A stretch of DNA of 64,000 nucleotides, taken from contig JBLMYD010000038.1 in assembly GCA_050258095.1 (NCBI GenBank), positions 3,594 through 67,593 on the forward strand, given 5' to 3'. Under the pieces are notes generated by a model. That model worked only from the letters and a program-made list of their open reading frames with translations, was not told the origin of the DNA and ran no database searches. This document shows, piece after piece, positions 1-6,557 of this stretch. The DNA comes from Chloroflexota bacterium (lineage in GTDB: Bacteria; Actinomycetota; Thermoleophilia; Solirubrobacterales; 70-9). Numbering within the stretch: position 1 is the first letter of the stretch; the number at the start of each line of letters is the position of its first letter. Made by a program: the position numbers and the translations under genes.

Positions 1-354
1 GACTATCCCAACGGCGCCTTCTCCTACTACGAGCTAGTCGTCCCGGTCGACACCACCGTCGAGCTCGACCTCGTCTCCACCGACGTGATCCACACCTGGG
101 ACGTCCCCGCCCTCGCCGGCCAGCGCGACGCCGTCCCGGGCAAGACCAACCACGTCGTCTTCCGCGCCGACGAAGAAGGCGTCTACGACGGCCAGACCGC
201 GACCTTCTCGGGCCAGGCCTACGCCGCGATGCGAACCGCGGTCGACGTCGTCTCGCCGGAGGAATACGAAAGCTTCCTCAAACGACAGAAGTCCGACATC
301 CAGGCCGCCCAGGACCGTGTCGTCGACCTGATCCAAAAAGGAGAAGTGCCGTGA
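1..354 (+). CDS. Heme-copper oxidase subunit II-like protein, C-terminal cupredoxin part (5' end outside window); CuA ligands missing
   Basis: Frame 1 is open from nt 1 to TGA 352-354. The translation ..ELVVPVDTTVELDLVSTDVIHTWDVPALAGQRDAVPGKTN.. aligns with the canonical CtaC of this window (..EMHVPLDRQIEFKMHSQDVIHSFWVPEWRIKKDNVPGITT..). The CuA loop CTELCGFGHAAM reads TATFSGQAYAAM here. GTGA overlap with the next gene. Confidence 0.8.
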   Translation, partial: DYPNGAFSYYELVVPVDTTVELDLVSTDVIHTWDVPALAGQRDAVPGKTNHVVFRADEEGVYDGQTATFSGQAYAAMRTAVDVVSPEEYESFLKRQKSDIQAAQDRVVDLIQKGEVP

Positions 355-2051
355 TCGCCGAGCGCCCGACCCACCCCCCGGCCGAGGTCGTCGTCGACGG
401 CTACCCGAAGCGGCGGCCGCGCTGGATCGAGATCGTGACCAGCGCCGACCACAAGGACGTCGGCCGGGTGATGATCGGCGCCGCGCTCGGCTTCCTCTTC
501 ATCGCCCTGGTCGAGCTGCTGCTGATGCGCCTGCAGCTCGTGGTGCCGGAAAACACGCTGCTCACCCCGGTCGCCTTCAACCGCATGCTCTCCCTCTACG
601 GGGCGACGGCGATCTTCCTCTTCGCGATCCCGCTCGCGCTCGGCCTCTTCTACTACCTGGTGCCGCTGCAGATCGGCGCCCGCGGGACGGCGCTGCCGCG
701 GCTCGGCCAGCTCGGGCTCTGGCTCTACCTGGCGGGCGCGACCGTGCTCTACTCGGGCTTCCTCTTCACGCCGACGGAGGCGGGCGTCAACCCGCTCGCC
801 CCGCTCTCCGAACTGGCCTTCCTGTCCAACAACGGCGTCGACGCCTGGGCGGCGTCGACCGGCCTGGCGACGCTCGGCTTCGTCCTGGTCTCGATCGACC
901 TGGTCGCCACCCTGCGCCGCCTGCGCGCACCGGGCATGGCCTGGCGGCGCCTGCCCGTCTTCTCCTGGTCGGCGGCGATCTGCTCCTGGCTGATGCTGGT
1001 CATCGGCCCGGTGATGCTCGCCGCGATCACGATGCTGCTGATCGACCGCAACTTCGACGGCATCTTCTTCGCCGACGGCTCCGGCGGCGCGCCGCTGCTC
1101 TGGGAGCACCTGAGCTGGATCTTCTTCACCGGCGCCTACATGCTGATCCTGATCACGGCGCTCGGCGCGATCGCCGAGATCGTCCCGGTCTTCTCGGGTC
1201 GGCCGCTCGCCGGTCGCAACGTCGTGATCGCCTCGCTCGGCGCGATCGCCGCGATCGGCACCCTGGCCTGGATGCAGAACATGCTCACCGCGCCAATCGG
1301 GATCGGCTGGATGTACTACGCGATGGTGATGTCGCTGGCGCTGATCGTGCCCTTCGGCCTCGTCTTCTTCAACCTGATCGCGACGATGGTCGGCGGCGCC
1401 CTGCAGCTGCGCGCACCGCTGCTCTTCGCCGCCGGGGCGCTCTCGGCGATCTCGATCGGGCTCGCCGCCGAGGTCTCGCACTCGATGGTCGCGGTCGCCT
1501 GGCGCCTGCACAACACCGTCGACGCCGGCGCCGCCACCCACTTCGCCCTGGTCGGCGGCAGCGTCTTCGGCGGCTTCGCGGCGCTCCACTACTGGTATCC
1601 GAAGCTGACCGGCCGGACGATGGGCGAGACGCTGGCGCGCATCTCCTTCTGGACGATGGCGATCGGCACGCTGCTCGCCTTCGTGCCGCTGTTCCTCGCC
1701 GGCACCGACCACGGCCAGGTGGTCGACGCCTACAAGTTCTTCTCCGGCACGGGGGTCAGCACCGACAACCTGATCGCGACGATCGGCGCCTTCGTCCTCG
1801 CGCTCGGGATCCTGCTGACGCTCGCCAACGCGATCGTCAGCCGCAGCGGCGGCGCCCGGGCCGGACACGACCAGTGGGGCGGCGACTCGCTCGAGTGGTT
1901 CGCCCTCTCGCCGCCGGAGCCGCACAACTTCGACGTGCTGCCCGACGTGCGCAGCGCGCGGCCGATGCGCGACATCCGCGAGGCGATCGCCCACAGCACG
2001 GCCCGCGGCGGGCCCGAGCCCGCGCCGCGCGAGACGCAGCCGGTAGCCTGA
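351..2051 (+). CDS. Heme-copper oxidase subunit I-like membrane protein lacking most canonical His ligands
   Basis: 566 aa and polytopic. COX1 landmarks are present (ADHKDVG, LRAPGM, HYWYPK). The ligand motifs of the in-window CtaD (SAHAAIMIF / WFYSHPAVY / WAHHMF / VAHIHFVLFGG) read SLYGATAIF / WIFFTGAYM / WMQNML / AATHFALVGG. Confidence 0.8.
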   Translation: MIAERPTHPPAEVVVDGYPKRRPRWIEIVTSADHKDVGRVMIGAALGFLFIALVELLLMRLQLVVPENTLLTPVAFNRMLSLYGATAIFLFAIPLALGLFYYLVPLQIGARGTALPRLGQLGLWLYLAGATVLYSGFLFTPTEAGVNPLAPLSELAFLSNNGVDAWAASTGLATLGFVLVSIDLVATLRRLRAPGMAWRRLPVFSWSAAICSWLMLVIGPVMLAAITMLLIDRNFDGIFFADGSGGAPLLWEHLSWIFFTGAYMLILITALGAIAEIVPVFSGRPLAGRNVVIASLGAIAAIGTLAWMQNMLTAPIGIGWMYYAMVMSLALIVPFGLVFFNLIATMVGGALQLRAPLLFAAGALSAISIGLAAEVSHSMVAVAWRLHNTVDAGAATHFALVGGSVFGGFAALHYWYPKLTGRTMGETLARISFWTMAIGTLLAFVPLFLAGTDHGQVVDAYKFFSGTGVSTDNLIATIGAFVLALGILLTLANAIVSRSGGARAGHDQWGGDSLEWFALSPPEPHNFDVLPDVRSARPMRDIREAIAHSTARGGPEPAPRETQPVA

Positions 2052-2058
2052 CGCGTCG

Positions 2059-2958
2059 ATGTCCGGTGCCGAAACCGCTGTCGTCGTACAGCGCACTCCC
2101 GCCTTCGTCGCGACGCTGCGCGACTACCTGACGCTGACCAAGCCGAAGGTGCAGTCGCTGCTGCTGCTGACGACGATCACGACGATGTACGTCGCCGGCG
2201 ACCCCTCCCCCGGCCTCGTCTTCCTCGTCTGCCTGGGCGGCGCGCTCTCGGCCGGCGGCGCCGGCGCGATCAACCATGCCGTCGATCGCGACATCGACCG
2301 GGTCATGGCCCGCACGGCGAGCCGGCCGGTCGCAGGCGGTCGCATCTCGCCGCAGGCCGCGATCGCCTTCGGCGTCGCCCTCGGCTGCGCCTCCTTCCTG
2401 CTGCTGGCGCTCGCCGTCAACCCGCTGGCGGCGGCCCTCTCGCTCTCCGGGCTGCTCGGCTACGTCTTCGTCTACACGCTCTGGCTGAAGCGCTCGACGC
2501 CGCAGAACATCGTCATCGGCGGGGCGGCCGGCGCCGTGCCGCCGCTGGTCGCCTGGGCGGCCGTCACCGGCGGCATCGGCGGCACCGCCCTCTTCCTCTT
2601 CGCGATCGTCTTCTTCTGGACGCCGCCGCACTTCTGGGCGCTCTCGCTGCTGATGAAGGACGAGTACGCCAAGGTCGGCGTGCCGATGCTGCCCGTCGTT
2701 CGCGGCGAGGACGAGACGCGCCGCCAGATCCTCCTCTACACGGTCCTGCTCTACGCGGTGACGCAGCTGCCGTTCTGCGCGGGCGGCTTCGGGGTCGAGT
2801 ACCTGGTCGCCTCGATGGCGCTGGGCGGCGGCTTCATCTACTGCGCGGTGCGCCTGCTGCGCAGCCGCGACCGGCGCTGGGCCCTGCGCACCTACCTCTA
2901 CTCGCTCGCCTACCTGGCGCTGCTCTTCGTCTCGATGCCGATCGACCGGGTCTTCTAG
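2059..2958 (+). CDS. ctaB: Protoheme IX farnesyltransferase (heme O synthase)
   Basis: 299 aa UbiA-type prenyltransferase with LTLTKPKV, the NHAVDRDIDRVM (NxxxDxxxD) motif and multiple TM helices. Starts 8 nt after the subunit I-like gene. Confidence 0.9.
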   Translation: MSGAETAVVVQRTPAFVATLRDYLTLTKPKVQSLLLLTTITTMYVAGDPSPGLVFLVCLGGALSAGGAGAINHAVDRDIDRVMARTASRPVAGGRISPQAAIAFGVALGCASFLLLALAVNPLAAALSLSGLLGYVFVYTLWLKRSTPQNIVIGGAAGAVPPLVAWAAVTGGIGGTALFLFAIVFFWTPPHFWALSLLMKDEYAKVGVPMLPVVRGEDETRRQILLYTVLLYAVTQLPFCAGGFGVEYLVASMALGGGFIYCAVRLLRSRDRRWALRTYLYSLAYLALLFVSMPIDRVF

Positions 2959-2998
2959 TAGAAATCGGCCCGTGGATCGCGAGACCGCACGAGCGAGC

Positions 2999-3085
2999 AT
3001 GAGCGCCGGCCTTGTCGCCGGCGGCGTCGCTGTGGCGATCTTCGCGCTCTGCTTCGTCGTCGCGATGCTCTACATCGCCTCATAG
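2999..3085 (+). CDS. Candidate 28-aa single-TM micro-protein (MSAGLVAGGVAVAIFALCFVVAMLYIAS)
   Basis: Runs ATG 2999 to TAG 3083-3085. 24 of 27 codons end in G/C, which is a better coding signature than the overlapping ORF-track frame 3012... The stop lies 1 nt before the GTG of the next ORF. Below the size cut-off of the ORF track. Confidence 0.35.
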   Translation: MSAGLVAGGVAVAIFALCFVVAMLYIAS

Positions 3086-3086
3086 C

Positions 3087-3374
3087 GTGAGCGAGCACCG
3101 TCACATCCCCGAGCCCGGCGAGCTGGTCTACCGGCCCCGCCCCTCGTGGGCGCCGGCGATCTTCGCCTTCGCGATCGCCCTCGCCGTCTGCGGCATCTTC
3201 ATCAGCTTCATGGTGCCCGGCTGGATCTACTCGATCATCGGCGGCGTCGTCGCCCTCTTCGCCCTGCGCAGCATGGTCAAGGAGGCGAGCAGCTCCTACT
3301 TCAAGCTCCCGCGCACGCAGAAGGCGCGCGGCGCTGTGCTCCCGGTCGAACCGATTTCCCCGCCGCAGGGCTGA
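3087..3374 (+). CDS. Small 2-TM membrane protein (about 95 aa), function unknown
   Basis: An in-frame GTG at 3087 lies within ORF 3012..3374. Two hydrophobic helices (WAPAIFAFAIALAVCGIFISF, WIYSIIGGVVALFAL). I reject the N-terminal part of the track ORF because it overlaps the better-scoring micro-ORF frame. Confidence 0.5.
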   Translation: MSEHRHIPEPGELVYRPRPSWAPAIFAFAIALAVCGIFISFMVPGWIYSIIGGVVALFALRSMVKEASSSYFKLPRTQKARGAVLPVEPISPPQG

Positions 3375-3375
3375 A

Positions 3376-3777
3376 TCAGTCCGGCGTCATCCCGGAGGTG
3401 GCTCCGTCGGAGGTCCAGACGCGGACGATGTCGCGCATCGAGAGCACGCCGACGAGGTCCGGTCCCTCGTAGACGACGAGGTGGCGGATGCCGCGGCGCG
3501 ACATCTCGGCGGCGGCGCGCTCGAGGCTCCAGTCCGGCGAGGCCGCGATCACGCTGTCGCTCATGTGGTCGCCGACCCGCTCGGCGTCGGGATCCTCGCC
3601 GGCGCCCAGCGAGAGCAGCACGTCGCGCTCGGTGACGATCCGCGGCCCGGGCGTCTCGTCGTCGCTGACCAGAGCCGCCCCGGTCCCCTTCTCGGCCATC
3701 ATCCTCGCCGCCTCGCGCAGAGTGTGGCCCGGCCCCACGGTGAGGACCACCTCCGACATGCCATCCCGTACGAGCAT
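3376..3777 (-). CDS. CBS-domain pair protein
   Basis: 133 aa containing two CBS-like units (..VLTVGPGHTLREAARMM..IVTERDVL.. and ..SVIAASPDWSLERAAAEM..GIRHLVV..LVGVLSMRDIV). Confidence 0.8.
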   Translation of the reverse strand: MLVRDGMSEVVLTVGPGHTLREAARMMAEKGTGAALVSDDETPGPRIVTERDVLLSLGAGEDPDAERVGDHMSDSVIAASPDWSLERAAAEMSRRGIRHLVVYEGPDLVGVLSMRDIVRVWTSDGATSGMTPD

Positions 3778-3896
3778 CTGGCTTCTCCCCTCGGTCGCGA
3801 GCTAGTGTGAATCGCCTCAAGCCTACCCGACCACCGTGCCTGGACAAACCGCTTCCGCAGGGGCGGGCATATAGACTCCGGCGCGCTTCGCGCCGT

Positions 3897-4577
3897 ATGC
3901 CAACGCTCTCGAAACTCATTCGTCCCGCGCTCGTCCTCGCCGCCCTCGCCGCGGTCGCGCTGCCCGCGTCCGGCTGCGGCACGAGCACGGCCGACACGAC
4001 GCGCGGGCGGGCCCTCTTCGTCCAGAAGTGCGGCGTCTGCCACGCGCTTGCGCAAGCGGGGACGACGGCGCAGATCGGGCCCAACCTCGACGACGCCTTC
4101 GCTGCCGCCCGCGCCGCCGGCGAGGGCGGCAGCACGGTCGAAGGGATCGTCAAGGACCAGGTCGAGCATCCGCGGCCCAGCAACGCCAACCCGGCGGTCT
4201 CGATGCCGGCCGACGTCGTCACCGGGCAGGACCTCGAGGACGTCGCCGCCTACGTCGGCCTCTGGGCCGGCGTTCCCGGCGCGGCGCCGCCGAAGGTGCA
4301 GGGAGGCCCGGGCGCCCAGATCTTCGCCGGCAGCGGCTGCGGCGGCTGCCACACGCTGGCGGCGGCCGGCTCGGGAGGCACGGCCGGCCCGAACCTCGAC
4401 GAAGTCCTGCCGGGCCAGACAGCGGCGATGGTCGAAGAGTCGATCGTCGATCCGAACGCCAAGATCGCCAAGGGCTACTCGGCCAACGTGATGCCGCCGA
4501 ACTTCGGCCAGACCCTCTCCAAGACGGAAATCGAAGAGCTGGTCGAATTCCTGATCGAATCGACCGGCGGCGGCTGA
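3897..4577 (+). CDS. Dihaem c-type cytochrome, probable lipoprotein
   Basis: Two CxxCH motifs (CGVCH, CGGCH). The internal ATG at 3897 gives MPTLSKLIRPALVLAALAAVALPASGC with a lipobox. The upstream part of track ORF 3807.. is not signal-like. Confidence 0.8.
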   Translation: MPTLSKLIRPALVLAALAAVALPASGCGTSTADTTRGRALFVQKCGVCHALAQAGTTAQIGPNLDDAFAAARAAGEGGSTVEGIVKDQVEHPRPSNANPAVSMPADVVTGQDLEDVAAYVGLWAGVPGAAPPKVQGGPGAQIFAGSGCGGCHTLAAAGSGGTAGPNLDEVLPGQTAAMVEESIVDPNAKIAKGYSANVMPPNFGQTLSKTEIEELVEFLIESTGGG

Positions 4578-4633
4578 AAAGGCGGCTGAGCGCCCCCGGC
4601 GGCCGCTCGCCGCTTGACATCATCCCCGGCGGC

Positions 4634-5599
4634 ATGCGCGCCCGATACAGCATCTCACCGCGGCTCTACGCCACGGTCGCGCTGATCGCGCTGGTCGCCC
4701 TCGCGCTGATCGTGCTCACGGGGGCAGCCGTGCGCCTCACCGGCTCGGGCCTGGGCTGCCCGGACTGGCCCAAGTGCTACGGCCAGACCGTGCCGCCGCT
4801 CAACACCCACGCCGTGATCGAGTTCGCCAACCGAGTCTTCACCGGCTTCGTCGGCTTCGCCGTGATCGCGGCCAGCGTGCTCGCCTGGTTCCGCAAGCCG
4901 TTCCGCGGGCACCTGGCGCTGTTCGGCGCGCTGCTGCCGCTGGGAGTGATCGGCCAGGCGATCCTCGGCGGCCTCGTCGTCCGCCACCACCTCGCCCCGG
5001 GCCTGGTGATGAGCCACTTCATCCTCTCGATGCTGCTGCTCGACGCCGCCTTCGCGCTCGCCTGGTGCGCGCGCTACGAACCGACCGACCGCCGCCGCTC
5101 CGGCGACCGGCTCGGCGTCTGGGCCGTGCGAGCGCTGATCCCGTTCGGCCAGCTGACGATCCTGGCGGGGACGATCGCGACCGCCTCCGGGCCCCACGCC
5201 GGCGCCCACGCCGGCCAGCTGGTGCGCCGCTTCCGCTTCGAGGGCGCCGACACGCTCGAATGGGTCGTCCAGCGGCACGCGGCGATCGCGACCGTCTTCG
5301 GCCTCGCCGCGATAGCCGTCTGGCTCCTCCTGCGGCGCCCGGGCGGCGACGACCGCGCCACCAGGCCCCTGGCCGTGGTGATCGGCCTGCTCGCCCTGCA
5401 GGGCGTCGTCGGCGGCGTCCAGTGGTTCCTCGAACTGCCGACGGAGATCGTCTGGGCCCACGTCGCCCTGGCGACGATCACCTGGCTGGCGATGCTGTGG
5501 ACGGTGGCGACGGCGGGGCGTTTGGAACCGAGAGTCAGCCCAGGTGCGTCACGAGTAGAGCGCCTGCCACTGCAAGAAGCGCAAGAGACAGGCGCGTGA
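4634..5599 (+). CDS. ctaA: Heme A synthase (COX15/CtaA family)
   Basis: The in-frame ATG at 4634 gives MRARYSISPRLYATVALIALV..LTGSGLGCPDWPKCYG.., the typical CtaA N-terminus, with 8 predicted TM helices. The Arg-rich 5' part of ORF 4028.. is rejected. Confidence 0.85.
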   Translation: MRARYSISPRLYATVALIALVALALIVLTGAAVRLTGSGLGCPDWPKCYGQTVPPLNTHAVIEFANRVFTGFVGFAVIAASVLAWFRKPFRGHLALFGALLPLGVIGQAILGGLVVRHHLAPGLVMSHFILSMLLLDAAFALAWCARYEPTDRRRSGDRLGVWAVRALIPFGQLTILAGTIATASGPHAGAHAGQLVRRFRFEGADTLEWVVQRHAAIATVFGLAAIAVWLLLRRPGGDDRATRPLAVVIGLLALQGVVGGVQWFLELPTEIVWAHVALATITWLAMLWTVATAGRLEPRVSPGASRVERLPLQEAQETGA

Positions 5600-5774
5600 T
5601 CGTCGCGTGCAGGCCGATGACCATCCGCTGGGTCTCCCGGATTTCCTCGCCCACGGTTAGGAACCGTTCGTCGACCTTGTCGAAGCGCGCGTCCATGCGC
5701 CGCCCAAGGTCATCGACCTGGTTTTTCAGATCGTCAATCCGGTCGTCGGTCCAGCGCGATGTCATCAGCTCCAT
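5535..5774 (-). CDS. Tail-anchored coiled-coil protein (79 aa), paralogue of 61357..61722
   Basis: MELMTSRWTDDRIDDL..ARFDKVDERF.. followed by a C-terminal TM (LSLALLAVAGALLV). The N-terminus matches MDLMTKSWTDERLEERFDRIDDRFD of the second copy. The 3' end overlaps the ctaA 3' end convergently by 65 nt. Confidence 0.55.
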   Translation of the reverse strand: MELMTSRWTDDRIDDLKNQVDDLGRRMDARFDKVDERFLTVGEEIRETQRMVIGLHATITRLSLALLAVAGALLVTHLG

Positions 5775-5841
5775 TCTGCCAGCCTAGAAGACAGAAAGTT
5801 TCGCGTGGCGCGCTATATCGCGCGGATCTGAAAAAAATTCG

Positions 5842-6492
5842 TCACGAAACAGCGCGCTCGGCGCTGAGGTCGACGACCACGTGGGTGACCGGCAGGTCGA
5901 CACGTTCGCGTGCCTGCTCGACGACGCCCCGCTCGAGCCAGCGCGAGCGCTCCGGCGGGTGGGTGGAGATGACTATCTCGTCCGCCGAGAAGACGCGCAG
6001 AGCGTCCTCGATCGCCACGCCCGGATCGGAGTCGCCGATCTCGCCCTTCGCCTTCAGACCCAGCTCCCGGATCGCGATCAAGGAGAGCTCCATCCGCTGC
6101 CGCGCCAGCTCGATCGCTTCGTCGATGTCGGAGGTCCAGTGCGAGGTCCGCGACGCAGCGAGCGCCGGCGTGACGACGAGAATCTCGCTGTCGCGCCCGC
6201 TGCACCGCCTGCGGATCTCGTCGATCAGCGCCTCGCCGCCGACCGTCTCGTTGGCGACGACGAGGAGCCGGAACCTGCCGTCGCCGCCCTTCGAGACCGC
6301 AACCTCCTGCAGCAGCGATCCCCGCGCGCCCCGGTAGGCCATCTCGGCGCCGAAGCCGACCAGCGCCGCCGCCCAGACGACCCCGATCGCGGGCCTGGTC
6401 AGCAGCGTCAGTCCGATCACCGAGACCGCGCCGAGACCGATCACGACGACCCAGCGAAACGCATCCGCCTCCGACCTCAAGGGGTTGTGCAT
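5842..6492 (-). CDS. Membrane-anchored protein with a USP-like (adenine-nucleotide alpha-hydrolase-like) domain
   Basis: 216 aa. Two N-terminal TM helices are followed by RFRLLVVANETVGGEALIDEI..DEIVISTHPPERSRWLERGVVEQARERVDLPVTHVVVD. This domain is repeated twice in 11029..11901. The fold assignment rests on pattern only. Confidence 0.6.
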   Translation of the reverse strand: MHNPLRSEADAFRWVVVIGLGAVSVIGLTLLTRPAIGVVWAAALVGFGAEMAYRGARGSLLQEVAVSKGGDGRFRLLVVANETVGGEALIDEIRRRCSGRDSEILVVTPALAASRTSHWTSDIDEAIELARQRMELSLIAIRELGLKAKGEIGDSDPGVAIEDALRVFSADEIVISTHPPERSRWLERGVVEQARERVDLPVTHVVVDLSAERAVS

Positions 6493-6557
6493 ACCCCTGT
6501 TTTACTACCCGGCCGGGTCCCGGGTTCAGTCGGCGAGGGCGCAGGTCGGGCTTCGCC

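Noticed and set aside
219-2096. 625-aa ORF antisense to the subunit I-like gene. There are many similar long ORFs elsewhere, e.g. 1837..3000, 13681..15735, 16376..18442, 20102..23014, 24529..26862, 56822..58924 upstream part, 62975..63949.
   Set aside because: The translations are Arg/Gly/Asp/Pro-rich and low-complexity with no motifs. They run antisense or out of frame to genes that have clear family signatures and the expected G/C third-position bias. This is a typical stop-codon-poor artefact of about 70% GC DNA.
3012-3086. N-terminal extensions of ORF-track calls (3012.., 3807.., 4028.., 10406..11539, 16627..17595, 21324..21704, 21562..23433, 26173..29082, 27777..29753, 37384..39420, 41133..43019, 42491..44140, 47863..48558, 53047..55071, 54969..55838).
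   Set aside because: The track reports the longest ORF. The internal starts I chose restore canonical N-termini, signal peptides or stop/start coupling, and the upstream parts overlap neighbouring genes or are Arg-rich.
6493-6557. Palindrome acccggccgggt downstream of the NHL gene as an intrinsic terminator. Similar short hairpins occur at 27740-27760, 41105-41125 and 61787-61805.
   Set aside because: The stems are short (5-6 bp arms) with no clear U-tract. They are plausible but not strong enough to list as features.
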